Source: the human T2T-CHM13v2.0 reference genome, Homo sapiens
DNA length: 64,000 nucleotides
Reading direction: 5' to 3' (one strand)
Assembly: GCF_009914755.1 (NCBI RefSeq)
Contig: NC_060933.1
Shown in pieces: positions 42,189-55,576 of the stretch. Position 1 is the stretch's first letter; the number at the start of each line of letters is the position of its first letter. The notes beneath the pieces are model-generated. The model saw only the letters and a list, made by a program, of their open reading frames with translations. It was not told where the DNA came from and did not search any database. A program made the translations under genes and the position numbers.

Positions 42189-43924
42189 TAATAATCAAAC
42201 TGATAATCTAAACTGAATGAAAAATTGAACAATGTGTACTCGTAGAAAAAGATTAAAAATTTGTTAGTAATTAGAAGACTTTAAATAAAGAGTGCGAATC
42301 ATTTCCCTGATTACAGACTAATGACATCAGTAAGAATGACAATTTTCTCAACAAATGAAGCAAATATAATACTTTAAACTTATTCTTGTAACATGAATAG
42401 ATCTCCAAAAATAGTTAAAATTTAAAAAGCAATATACAGAATCTGATTCTTTCAAAGAGCTTCTGAAAGATTTGCTCTCCTGAAATGAAATTTGGTAAGG
42501 GAGGCTCCAATTCACTGAAAAGTGGTTAATGTAAAGGAACAAATGCCCCGTTTTCCATGAAAGAAATTGTACTGCCAGATAAGGCTGTAAAACTTAAAGA
42601 TCAGATAAATGGTGAGTGGACACTGCTGATCCAGATTTAGACAGAAAGGCATTCTTGAAAAGACTCACCATGTGAATGCCCAGCCAGCCTCTGTAATAAA
42701 ATTCAAAGGCAGCAAGGCAAGCAAAGCACTTTGGCAAAAAGTGTTTCAACTACTCAGCACAAAAGAGGTATTTCATTTTATCTGTCTTCTTGGGGGGAAG
42801 ATAGACATATTTTTAGACAGTATCTAAGTGTCAGAAAGATTCCAAGACATTAATACCATTTATGAACAAAGAGAAGTAACAAAGTGAACACTATTCCACA
42901 AAGTATATTAAACAAATTCCTTGTTTCTCCTGGCTTAACAAGGGAGAGCGGGTGGAAGGGTAGAGAGGTAGGGGACTGGCATGTCAATGGAATAGAAAGA
43001 ATATTGGAAAAATAAATTTCGTAAAATTCTTTCAATGAATTGGTTCCTGAGTCAGATAGGTTTTTTATATCTACAGAGGCAGGCCTATGTAAATATCCTA
43101 TAAACAATGTCATTAGAAGGTCTAACACCTTTTCAAAGATCTTGGCATCTTAAAGGTGAAGATTTATATTCTCTTTCTTGGCAGGTCTCTAATATGTCTA
43201 ACAAAATCATTAAAGGGAGATTTAGTCAGATTTGTTGATCAGGAAAACATCCACAGATGGTAAGAGAAACTGTGGGTGATTATCACCTTGCTATTGTCTT
43301 TGGCCAGTAGGTTCAATATTTAGGGCTGCCACCCTGAAGACGTTAACAGAACCCTTCTATCTGCTGGAGCAATTGGCTAGCTTTATACTCAGCCATCACA
43401 ATAGCTGTACTTACAACCTATCTTCAAATACAAGATACAGAAGACATGGCTAAGAGTACCTAAAATTCCAACATATCCTGAAAAAGCACAATGCAAAACA
43501 ACTCAGGGTCTGTGCTCCAATGACAGTAAGTCTGTCGTAGCAGCTTCCTATATAAACGGCAAGCTATTTTATTTTGTGATTTGATGACAATCAAACCTAG
43601 GGGAAAAGTTAAAGGGAAACTACATGTTGTAATTAATTTTCCAAGCAGGTGCCAGAGATACCAAATCAAACTCCTGTAATACTTTTTCTGAGTCAGGGAA
43701 AGAAAATGAAAAAAATAAGGAGAGAAATTACATTCAAGCTAACAACCAATGGCAAGTACTCAAATAAATACATGGCAAACTGTAAGGTGCTAAGGATACA
43801 AAAAGGAATACATGGTACCCACCTTCAAGGAATTTACTCTGTGCTCCTCTGATAAAGATGTGATTTCTTTCATCACTGCCAGTCACCTCCATGACTGCTC
43901 TTCACCATCACTGATTAAGTACCA

Positions 43925-44523
43925 TGACAGGCAGAATTCTAAAGCTGCCCCCCAAAGATTCCTGTCCTCTGGCTATTTAACCAAACACTAATCTAGGTAC
44001 TATTGTGAAGGGATTCTGCAAATATAAGTTTACTAATCAACTGACCATAGGATATGAAGATTATCCAGATGGTCCTAATCTAACCACATGAGACTTTAAA
44101 AGTGAAGAACTTTCTTCAGCTACAGTCAGAGAGATGGCGTACAAGAGAGAAGTCAGAGAGATTCTAGCATGAGAAGAATTTGTCACGCCATTGCTGGCTT
44201 TGAAATGTTAAGGGCCCACATTCAAGGACTGGAGAGATGCCTCTAGTTGCTGAGGGATGGCCCAGCTAACAGTTGGCAAAGAAACAGAGACCTCAGCCCC
44301 ACAGCCACAAGGAACCAGATTCTGCCAACAACCTGAATGAACCTGGGAGCAGATTCTTCCCAGAGCCCAGCTGGCAACACCTAGATTTCAGCCTCAGGAA
44401 ACCCACAGCAGAGAAACAAGTTGGGGCAGTCCCAGCTTCTGACCCAGAGAATCATGAGACAGTCTCGTTTTAAGCCACTAAATTTGTGTTAATTTGCTAT
44501 AGCAGCAACAGAAAATTAATGCG
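43925..44523 (+). mobile_element. MLT1E-like MaLR LTR
   Basis: ggcagaattctaaag start; acagccacaaggaaccagattctgccaacaacctgaatga; ttttaagccactaaatttgtg...tatagcagcaacagaaaattaat end. Confidence 0.82.
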
Positions 44524-44529
44524 AGAACT

Positions 44530-44665
44530 TACCATATGCAAGTATTTGGACACAGGAACCCATTTAATTCTCACAACAACCCTGAAAAGTTATCATCCTC
44601 CATTTTACACATGAGGAAACTAAGGAATAGAGAGTTTTAAATAATCTGCTTAAGAACACAGAATC
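44530..44665 (-). mobile_element. MIR fragment
   Basis: catttaattctcacaacaaccctg...ccattttacacatgaggaaactaagg. Confidence 0.75.
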
Positions 44666-47600
44666 TAGGATCTAGTAATGACTAGAGTGGTTTACTGTAT
44701 ATTCAAGAAAACTAATTGGCCCATAATGGTTATAATATGAATTAAAAATTGCAGCTGGAATTTGACTAAATTTCACTCAACAGGGAAATACTTTCATTTT
44801 AAAGATCAGAAAACTTTAAATGGTTTAAAATGAAAAGGTTCTCTAAATCAGAGGGGTACTTTTTTATAATGTCCTTAAGTGACGTTAATATATCATATAA
44901 CGTCCTTAAGTCAACCCAACAGGAAAAACAATATTACTAAAAATAAATTCAAACCTATGTAACTATGTACTTCTTCCTGCATACTCAAAAATCAAGAGCA
45001 ATACTTTGTCAATCAAAGGCTACGTTTTAACATTAATTTTTTTAATTCTTATCCACAAAACCATTTTAAATATGGTATTATATGAAGAAAAAAATGAAAG
45101 TAATTTTTAAAAACCATGTGAGAGAGTTTTTTCAAGAAAGAGAAAAATGAGGAACTATATACAGTACCACACTATTTAGAGGAGATACATCCCTGCTCAA
45201 GAAAGCAGAAAAATCCAGATAAACGCAATAATATAGAAAGACATCAGGGGCAAAATACAAACCAAAAATGAAATCTAATATTTATTTTATGAGGAAGATA
45301 AACAGCCAGTCAATCACATGCAATGGCTATAGAAGATGAATAAATGGCATTTCCTACTCCTCAAAGAGTTACTGCTAAAGATAGTAAAAATTTAAAAAGA
45401 ATTTGAGTTTCTGTTAAGAGAGACTCAGTCAAAACTCAAGTGAGAAATCAACAACAGTTATATTCCAAAACAGTAAGTGTCAAAAAGTACAAATGGGAGA
45501 AATAATATTTGGGGAGATGATCTTTAAATAACCACATATACACCTGGAGCTTTATTCATCAGTAGCACTTTCTTCTACTGCTGATGTTTTCTTGTGTGAC
45601 TTTTCACCATGAATTGTTGACTTTCAGAGCATAGTACAAAGAAAGATTGGGGAACACAGAAGATCGTGCACTGAGGAATAGCATGATATGGAATATGGAG
45701 TTTCTTCTCAAATAAACCAACCCTGGAATTCCAACCAGTAATGTGAATGTATGTTATTAAATGAACACCTATTTGTGTTTTGTGTACAGATACTGTACTC
45801 ATGTCACTCTTAGGTTCAGTAATAAAACATTTATTAACCTATTTAGAAAAAAAGAGATGATTTCTAGCCTAATAAATTTAAAAGCTTAAATCTAACCATA
45901 GCTAATATTTTCTGTACTAATGTCCTATTTTTAAAACCTCCATCTTTGTCATTATTAATTATGCATATGGATTGATATCATTTATTTGCAGGTGTTCCTA
46001 AAGTAAATTGCATATATCTATTTAGATTTTTTCAAAGGCTGATAGCATACTAGTTGTAACTTAGAAAATGAAGGTACCAAGATCCTTTTTAACCTGTAAA
46101 CTCTGCAAAACTGAATGGGCTAGAAAAAGAACTTACAGATAGTTTTGGTCATATCCTAGTTCTTAGGTTGGATGGTCATTTCAAGGATGTTCATTTTATT
46201 ATTTTGTTTTACAGTTTATACTTTACATGCATTTATATGTTCCAAGTGTTACAGTTTAAAATGAACTCAAGAGGCGATATAATTTCTTGAAAATATAGTT
46301 ATAAACATAAAAATAAAATCATGAAAACATCACTTCATTACTTCCCACACACATTAATTCTACCTAATTAAATTTCCCACATATATTAAGATATATATTA
46401 ATGTGCTAGATTTAATAGAAAAAAATCATTTATATAAGAGCACAAAATAGTTACTCAAGAGAAATTAGCACCTGCTTCAAAACTAAAATCTCTAAACTAA
46501 ATATCTAAGCAAAAGAATTCGCCTGAAAACTAAAATCTCTAACTTAAATATCCATTAATATGCTAAACTAAGAATTTTAGTAAGTACATAGAAAATATAG
46601 CTTATAGATCTGATCTTGAAAAACTTTTTCTCTGTCTATAAATTTAATGCCATAACACTCTCCAGCAACTAAAATGCTGCAGGCTAAATAGAAGTTTAGA
46701 GTTGTTTAGGATAGATTCATGACCTATCCAATTGATTGTCTTACCTTTAAATATTGGCCAAGAATGAATGTCACAAGTCAGTTTACAGACTGAATTGTGC
46801 ACCCGTTTCCATTTTTTTTTCTACTATAGGTATTATTCCCATTTCCAATTTGTTTTTCTATTTGCCTAATGGATCATGCCTACTTCAATATTTTGCAGTA
46901 AAGAAAGCTCAGAGGATTAGGAGTTAAACATTATAAACTTTTTCTTATTATTAGAAACTTTATCTTCAAGTGTCTTCCTACTCTTGTTATTAGAAAAACA
47001 TTGTTTAAAGACATTCGCCACATAAACAACTCATATTTCTCCAAAAAGCATCCTACCTATCCTATAGTAATTTATCAAAAAATAAGTTTCCAGCCTTTTC
47101 AACAGGTGTTTAAAATATGTTAAAGATAGAACCAGGTTAATCTGACCTATCCAACTCCAGCTTAGCTTTTAACACCCTGAAATAACATCCTTATCTTTTA
47201 ACACTCAGGAAGGGTTAGTATTTCTTTATAAATAGTTCCTCAACTTCACAGACAAGTCTTTAAGGAAAGGTTTCCTATAAGAATGTAAATTTAAGTTCTG
47301 GCAAGCTATCTTAAAGAAAAAATCTTGACCACAGAAAAGCATTACACATAGATGCTCATTAGTATTATTTGTCATAGGAAGATAAAGAATCCACTTAAAT
47401 ATCCAACAAGTAAAAATTATTACCTAAATGGCATTCCTCTTATAAATATAATGAGACATCAAAAACAATGTTCACCCCAAAACATGTATAATTACATGAG
47501 AAATACCTTATGTTAAAGAAACTATGAAAAATAGGATAATTACAATTCTAAAAAACTGAAAAATACTATAAAGTATGTTAAGTTTTTCACATTATTGTCT

Positions 47601-49020
47601 TTCTGCAAATGGTACACAATAGACATGCATAATTTTTTAAATCTGTAACACCATAGTTATTTTCCTACTACTCATTCTTTAAAATATGCTGGTACCACAA
47701 CCATTTTAACACCTAGTCCCCATGAAGCACATACCTCCTTCCTCACTTTTCTGGAACGCACATTTCCAACATACTCAACCATCTGAAATGCAGATGAAAA
47801 ATTCTCAGATAGAAACTAACAATAGACTTGTCTTCAGGAAGATGCAATCAGTTCCTAAGTTTTCATTTATTATCCTGGATAACAAAGTCAAGCTGAAAAC
47901 TATTAAAATATCTTTGTCAAAAATATATTTGACTATCCACAATCATTACAGCATATAAACACACTTTGGCTTCCATGATTCCTAGGAATTCTTTTATCAG
48001 CCTGTGTCAGGATCCTAAGGAATTTTCACAGTTGCTAAATGACTTCTGTGGTCCATCATATCACTCTACCGAGAGACATAGCCATTTGGCTACAGCTTTT
48101 ACCATTCTTCAGGGGAGAAGAGGTTTATGCACAAATCCAGAAAGCTTTAAAGATGCTGATTTGCTCTGTTTTGTTTTTAATCATCAATTTCACTATAAAG
48201 GGTCAACTTAAAATTAAGAAATAATGGTTTAAGAAATAAGCAAATAATTCTTTGAAGTATTTGAATTTATCTCTGGGAATATTTTTTCCTAACCTCAAAT
48301 TCATACTGCAATGATATTTCCCAAATATAATCTAATTGCCTGAAGTTTTCTTTAAAAATATTCAAAACCTATCTATTTTAACAGCACGTGATGGCATTTT
48401 ACCAGTGTTTTCAGCCTGCCCACTTTAAAAGGTAAAACAAAGTGGTGACAGCTAAAAAGTCTTTTCAAATTAATTCCCCATTTTCATCCTTGAAACAGAC
48501 AAATTTCCCTACCACGGACATTTTCTCAATATTGGAATGCTGTTCAAAATTACTCAAGGTGGTCCTGAGTTTGTTATTTGAATACCCACGAGCAATTCAT
48601 TTAATTTCATATATATTAAAACTGAAAAAACAACTGTTTTATTAATTTTACAGGTACCAAATGGATCTTCCCAAGGGAAAGGAGTAAGCCCATAGTTGTA
48701 CTATACATATATGCAAGATGATTTTTTTTCCTCCTAGGGTAATTTGCATCTGGATGAGAGGTTGGCTTTTAAATTGGCCCACTTTCATAAATTAAAAAAT
48801 GTAATACATTTACAGCTAGCTGAATAGGAAATTTCTGTACTTCATTCCTGCCAAACTACAAGCAAGCTACTTAATTAATGGGAGTCTGCCATTATCTTTT
48901 TGCCCTCAAGAGAAGAACTAGGCCTATATAAATCATTTTTCTCTCTGTCCATCATACTTACTGTAAAAAGTTTAATAATATGGGCAACCATACCCAGAAT
49001 TACACTCAGAAAACCTACTC

Positions 49021-49185
49021 CCTTGCTTCTCAGCGTGCTCTGCAAATCAGTGACATCAGTATCCCCTGGGAGCTTGTTGGAACTACAAAATCTCAGACTC
49101 CCCACTGCGACCTACTGAATCACAATTTGCATTTAACAAGATGCCCAGGTTATCAGTCTGCACATTAAAGTTTGAGAAGCACTAG
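49021..49185. mobile_element. MER5B/MER5A MITE
   Basis: cctgggagcttgttggaa...gacctactgaatcacaatttgcatttaacaagatgcccagg...cacattaaagtttgagaagcact. Confidence 0.8.
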
Positions 49186-50393
49186 TCTAGAGGTTAAGGT
49201 AGAAGGCAGAATGATATACTATCTCCTGCTTGCACGTTCTAAGTTGTAGAAAGCTGCAAAAAATCTACAGTCAGCAATGAATAAATCATTCCTAGAGATT
49301 ACTGGTAAATCTTTAATTAAATGTGGCCTTTCCACATAGATTTAGAAAACGTGTGTGGCTGATGCTCAGTGCCTATTAACAGCGTTTTCATTACACAACC
49401 GGAACTAGATTTTTTAATAACATACTGAAAATAGGTATATCTGTTCACCATTCTCTATTAACAAAGCATTCTTACTAAAGAATTGTCCTCTTTTTCAAGC
49501 CTAAGATGGGTCTTGTGGATGAAATCTATTTTTAGTTGCTCCAAGTTAAAAAATGTTTTAAAGAACCTTAATGTAAGAATCCTAATTGACCAATTTGAGG
49601 AAGCATTTACTTCACAAATTAATTTAAATATGCTTGAGACAAATACATAACCCCTATCATAGGCCCTCGGCTCACAGTAGACAGTCAATGTTATACCTGT
49701 AACAAAGGGTCCTCATAATTTCAAGAAGGATTTTCATAAGACAATACCAAATAACAGGCTCCTGGAAATTTATAACACAGTTTGAGTCACAAAAGTACAA
49801 TTTGCAGAACTTTCCATAGGTTTGCCCAATATGCAACATGTCACACTTGTACTGACCTGTGCTTAGTCCACAGAATTTTTAACAAGATGCTTTCTATAAG
49901 GATTTCAACTGTAACCTACCACAAAAGTGCTCTGGGAATAACTTTATCCCTCTACAATCATTGCCTTGTTCTAAACAGAGCCCTAAAGTAAATTAAATCT
50001 TTAGAAAAACACACTTTTTTGTTTGTAAAGAAAGAAACATTTCCTGAATGCTACAGAATGTTTCCTTGAGAAACTGTTTATGTTACTGTGTTGAAAAGGT
50101 GTTTATGTTGCTATAAACACCTTCCATGTAACAGGGGATGCAGTCTCCCCATTGTTTATATTGTAATCAGCCCTGTTTCTGGAAAGATCTAGGCTTATAA
50201 TTCATGCCTGGACTAACCTTCACTCCATTCTATCCCAATTAGATCACTCCAAATTATATTCTATATTTGTTTAGCATAATTGACACGTCACATGAGTACA
50301 GGGGAGGTTAGGTTCATAACACGCACTGTAAAAACACACACACACATTAAAAAAAATAAGCACTACAATTACAAAGCTCATTAATTAGCAGGA

Positions 50394-50862
50394 TGTTGTG
50401 GTTTGTGCTGTGTTAGCCTGGTTAAGCTGAAACTACTTTTCCTAGGATCTTCCAGTATGGTTCTAGGTTAAAGTTGACATGGAACCAGAAAGTAGAATTT
50501 GCACAGATTTGGAAGCCAAAAATCGTCATGGTTACTATATTGACAGTCCACTATGCCAGTGGATTCAGGCTTATCTTTGCTCTTCTCAAATCCCTGTCCA
50601 ACTTCCTCTACAGATAAACAGTGCTTTAGGCCCAACATACCTATACAGATGATAGGTACACTGAGGCACAGCTTCTCAGAGACACTTCCCCAAGAGCCTT
50701 TCTCAGACTAAGTGGGGACACCACTGATCCTCCAACTTCCCTCTTGGACTTTCACTTGTCAAGCTTCCACTATAAATGCTTAAGATTTAATTTCTATAAT
50801 AAATTCCTTATGCTAATAACTCATTGGAGTTCTTCTTCCGTGATCAAACCACAACTGATTCT
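50394..50862 (+). mobile_element. ERVL LTR (MER54-like)
   Basis: tgttgtggtttgtgctgtgttagcctggttaagctgaaactac start; tataataaattcctta...ttccgtgatcaaaccacaactgat end. Confidence 0.6.
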
Positions 50863-51728
50863 CAAAACGGTTTACTTGTTGGCTCTAGATTTAAATGGTT
50901 TCTTGTCATTAAAGACATGCTGTAGTATCCAATAGTAAATGGCAACGCAAACTTCACCTTCTGATATTCAGTTGACAGACAGTAGAATATGGCCTGGGGT
51001 CTAAACCCCTCTGACCTCCCAAACCTTCATTTTTTTCTATAACTTTTCAATGTTCTTTTTGCTCTATCTTTATTAACCACAATTGACATTAAAAATCACA
51101 TATTTAAAGTAATACAATTTGATATGTTTTGACATAAATATATACCCAGGAAACCATCACCATAGTCAAGATAAGGAACATCCATCAACCCCTAAAAGTT
51201 TTCCCCGACCTTCATGATCCTTTCCCCTCCCTGCCCTGTCTAGGCTCCATTTTCAGGTAACCACTGATCCACTTCCTGTTCTTATAATTATGCTGCATTT
51301 TATAGAATTTTGTATACATGGAATCATACAATGTGTATGCTTTTTCAGGGGTTGGCATCTTTCACTAAATGTAATTATTTAAATTACTTTGAGAATCACC
51401 CATGGTGTTGGGTATCAATAGTTCATTCCTCTTTATTGCTGAGTAGTGTTTTATGATGTGGAATTTCCACAATTTGTTTATCCATTCCCTGTTGGTGGAC
51501 ATCTGGGTGTCCTTCAGTTTGGGCCAATTACAAAAAAAAGTTCTTATGAACTTGTATAAGTGTGTAAGTCTTTGTATGGATATATACTTTCAATTCTCTT
51601 GGGTAAATACCTACAAGCAGAATGATTGGGTAGGTATGTCCTTAATGTTTTATGAAAATTTTTTAAAAACTGTTTCCAAAGTGATTATACCATTTTAAGT
51701 GTCCATCAGCTAGGTAAAAGAACTCTTC

Positions 51729-52014
51729 TATGGGTGCAGTGGCTCATGCTTGTAATGCCAACACTTTGGGACAGTGAGGCGAGTGGATCACTTGAGGCCA
51801 GGAGTTCGAGATCAGTCTGCCTAACATGGTGAAACTTTGTCTCTACTAAAAAATATAAAAATTAGCTGGGCGTGGTGGCATGCACCTGTAGTCCCAGCAA
51901 CTCAGGAGGCTGACGCAGAGAATCACTTGAACCTGGGAGGTGGAGGCAGAGGCTGCAGTGAGCAGAGATGGCGCCACTGTACTCCAGCCTAGGTGACAGA
52001 GCGAGACGCTGTCT

Positions 52015-52052
<38 letters not shown>
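51729..52052 (+). mobile_element. Alu (S/J-like) with ~37-nt pure poly-A, inserted in L1
   Basis: Dimeric Alu; TSD-like tcttcta on both sides. Confidence 0.93.
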
Positions 52053-52054
<2 letters not shown>

Positions 52055-52310
52055 TTCTTCTAGCTGTTCTACCTTTACCAGTACTTGGTGTGGTCAGTCT
52101 TTTAAATTTTAGCCATTCTACTGAGAATGTAATACTCTTCTATTGGTTTTAATTTGCATTTTCCTAATCACTTATGATGTCGAGTATCTTTTCTTGTGCT
52201 TCTTTCACATCTGTATATCTCCTTTGATGAAGTGTCTATTCAAATCTTTTGCCCATTTTATAACTGAACCATCTTATTATTCAGCTGTAGGTTATTCATA
52301 TAATCTAGAT

Positions 52311-52533
52311 CAAGCTTGTCCAACCCGCCGACCACAGGCCACATGCAGCCCAAGATGGCTTTCAATGCGGCCCAACACAAATTTGTAAACTTTCTTAAAA
52401 CATTATGAGATTTTTTTGTGTGTGATTTGTATTTTTTTTAGCTCATCAGCTATCAGTAGTGTATTTCATGTGGGGCCCAAGACAATTCTTCTTCCAATGT
52501 GGCCCAAAGAAGCCAAAAGATTGGACACCCCTG
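52311..52533 (-). mobile_element. MER30 hAT-Charlie MITE
   Basis: TIRs caagcttgtccaa / ttggacacccctg; 8-bp TSD atctagat / atctggat. Confidence 0.9.
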
Positions 52534-52677
52534 ATCTGGATTCATGCCCTTGTCAGACATATGTTAACAAATATTTTCTCCCAGGCTGTGGCTTAACTTT
52601 TGTAACTTTTGAAGAGCAAATTGTTTTTATTGTTTCAATATAACTTTAAGCACTAAAGCATACTGCCTTAGTATTAG

Positions 52678-53128
52678 TGTATTAGATTCCTAGGGCTATT
52701 GTAACAAAATACCACAAATAGGGTGGCTTGAAACAACAGGAATTTAACCATTCATGCTAGAATTCTGAAATCAAAGTGTCAGTAGGGCCATATTCCCTCT
52801 GAAAGCTCTAGAAAAGAATCCTTCCTTGACTCTCCTAGCTTCTGGAGGTTGCTGGCAATCTTTGAAATGCATTTCTTAGTTGTAGCAGCATAACTCCAAT
52901 CTCTGTCTCCATCTTCCCATGGGCTTCTTCCTGCCTCTGTATCTTCATATAAAGTATCTCCTCATAAAGACAGCAGTCACTGGACTTGGGCCAACAGTAA
53001 TCCATGATGACCTCATCCTAAATTGATCACATCTACAAAAGACACTATTTCCAAATAAGGTCACATTCAAAGGTACCTGGGGTTAGGATTCAACATATAT
53101 TTGGGAGGATATAACTCAGCCCATAACA
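52678..53128 (-). mobile_element. MLT1C-like MaLR LTR
   Basis: tgtattag...agggctattgtaacaaaataccacaaatagggtggcttgaaacaacag...tttccaaataaggtcacattc...cagcccataaca. Confidence 0.85.
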
Positions 53129-53589
53129 GGCATTTAGTGTTTAATATGTTTTTAAAACCCACTGTAAATGATACAGGGAGGCTATGCATGTGTGAGGGGA
53201 GAGGGTACACAGGATATTTCTACATCTTCCTCTCAATTTTGCTGTGAACTTCAAACTGCTCTAAAAACATTGTCTTTAAAAAAAACACACACTGAACAAT
53301 AAATTATTTGACATAAGCTCTGACCTCCTTGAAACAGTCCATTTTTGCTGCAATAACTGTTCTCATAGAGATACCTTCGAAATCATTTGCAGAATTTACC
53401 CATGGTCTTATTTCCCCAAAATAGATGCATTCCTTGCAATACAATCAGCTCAGCTTAAGGGTCTACCCTGAGCTGTCCCCTTATTAACAACTGTTAGGTA
53501 AAGGTACATGAAGAAAAAAACTTGTATGACTGTTTCTTTTAAGATCTCTATTGTTCTGTCTCCAAATAGGGTGTAAAAATGTAGCATCC

Positions 53590-53696
53590 TCCTGTAGTCC
53601 CAGCTACTCAGAAGGCTGAGGCGAGAGGATTATTTGAGCCTAGGGCTTTGAATCCAGCCTGGACATCATAGCAAGAACCTGTCTCTTAAAAAAAAA
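53590..53696 (+). mobile_element. Partial Alu monomer (FLAM-like)
   Basis: cctgtagtcccagctactcagaaggctgaggcgagaggat...gtctcttaaaaaaaaa. Confidence 0.8.
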
Positions 53697-53822
53697 TGTG
53701 GGGGAACAGGTGTTAATGCAGTGACAACTCTAAATCTGCATTCAGAGATGCCTCTTATTCCATCCCTGTCTTCCTTCAATACCACCTAACAGAAAATGGA
53801 AAAATGCTTCTCCAAAGAAACA

Positions 53823-54362
53823 TGTTCCAATTATCTATTGATACATAATAAGTCACCATCAAGCTTAGTTTAAAACAGTAATAGCCATTTTACTTTCTCT
53901 GAGGGTCAGGAACTCAGAAAGGTTTGATTGTGTGGTTCTAGCTCAGAGTTTCTCATTTGGCTGCACTGAAATGGTGCCTGAAGCAAGAGCGGTGCAGGGC
54001 TAGCAGGGCAAAGGTCTGGCTGCTTAATACAGTTGGTCTTCTCAGGGCCCTTGGTCTCTCCTCACAACACAATGGCCTCTGAGCAGCTGGACTGCTTACA
54101 TGAAGGCTGCAGGTTTCACAACTGAACACCGTATTTCAACAAAGAAAGGAGCATCACCTTTTCTGATCTAGCTTCAGAAATCACATAGCATCATTTCTGC
54201 ACTACTCTATTGGCTGAAACAGGCACAAAAGCCAACCTAGCTTCAAAAAGAAAAGACAAAGACCCTACCTCTCAAAGACAGAAGTAGCAAAATCAACTGT
54301 GAGAAGAGCATGTGGGTGAAAGATAACTTTACGGAAATCTTTGGAAAATTCAATTTGCCCCA
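53823..54362 (-). mobile_element. Old MaLR LTR (MLT1H-like)
   Basis: gggtcaggaactcag...gatctagcttcagaaatcacatagcatcatttctgc...atctttggaaaattcaatttgcc. Confidence 0.6.
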
Positions 54363-55256
54363 GAATATATCCTAGTTCTCCCTGGGGCATCAAGAACTAT
54401 TGACCACTCAGTTCAAATTAAATTCTAAGGCAAAGCTATACACTGACATGCCCAGGCTCAATATTTTCCCCATTCTTATTTCTCCCAATACTGTTTTCCA
54501 TCTTGTCTACTACAGTTGAGTATACCCTATTGACTTTGGTCCTCCAGGTGTTCTGTGTTACAAAAACCGAATTCAGAAGTTACTTACCACAGGTCATATA
54601 GAGAAACTAATAGCAATCTCTTGATGCACAGCTGCATCATTTTCAACTCCCTCCAGTTCAATGTCTTCTTTAAGTTCAATGCCCAGAAACCTGGGTTACA
54701 CTCTAGCCCTCCCAATAATTATTAAGAATTGCCTATAATTCAGAGTTTCAAATCATTCTTTCATTAGTTTAAAGTGAATTTCCCATTATAAAACACACAG
54801 ATACACACACACATGCACACACATGTGCACCACTTTCCTTAGCTAAATATGATTGATTTTTGGATAATTTACCAATTATGGTTCATGGTATCCATTCACT
54901 AGTTAAAATGCCTAGGAATTACTATATTTCCCTTTCTACTTCCATAAATCATGATGTCACAAATCTTTATTCAAATATACCATTTCTAGGACACCTCATT
55001 TACTTTAAGATTCTCTCATTCTCCATAAAATGTAATGGAAAATAAATTCCACACAATAAATATTGATGGAACACTGAATACATACCAGGCCTTCTGCTAT
55101 GTGTGAGGTGACGAAGGCAAATAAGACAGTTTCCTTCCCCTCACATAGTTAAGGCATCTAACTATGAAGACAAATTTACCAACAACCATGATTATTACTT
55201 ACAATATCCAAAGGAGCCCTCATTAAGACCTAGGAGACTCAGTTAAAACCACACCC

Positions 55257-55543
55257 GGCCGGGCGCGGTGGCTCACGCCTGTAATCCCAGCATTTTGGGA
55301 GGTCGAGGCGGGTGGATCATGAGGTCAGGAGATCGAGACCATCCTGGCTAACAAGGTGAAACCCCGTCTCTACTAAAAATACAAAAAATTAGCCGGGCGC
55401 GGTGGCGGGCGCCTGCAGTCCCAGCTACTTGGGAGGCTGAGGCAGGAGAATGGCGTGAACCCGGGAAGCGGAGCTTGCCGTGAGCCGAGATTGCGCCACT
55501 GCAGTCCGCAGTCCGGCCTGGGCGACAGAGCGAGACTCCGTCT

Positions 55544-55574
<31 letters not shown>
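55257..55574 (+). mobile_element. AluYb8 (young, human-lineage Alu)
   Basis: 7-bp duplication gcagtcc-gcagtcc (55501-55514); ggatcatgagg, ctaacaaggtg and gggaagcgg diagnostics; CpGs largely intact; A30 tail; TSD aaaaccacaccc / aaaaccgcaccc. Confidence 0.95.

Positions 55575-55576
<2 letters not shown>

Larger units (their letters stand above)
51060..52640 (-). mobile_element. Old L1M 3' region (sense to MLLT3), interrupted by an Alu and MER30
   Basis: Antisense L1 motifs gttcattcctctttattgctgagtagt, ggttttaatttgcattttcctaat and aagtgtctattcaaatcttttgcccatttt. Confidence 0.82.

Noticed and set aside
46479-46552. Repeat-spacer-repeat pattern as a CRISPR-like array
   Set aside because: Two copies only, eukaryotic intron, no cas genes.
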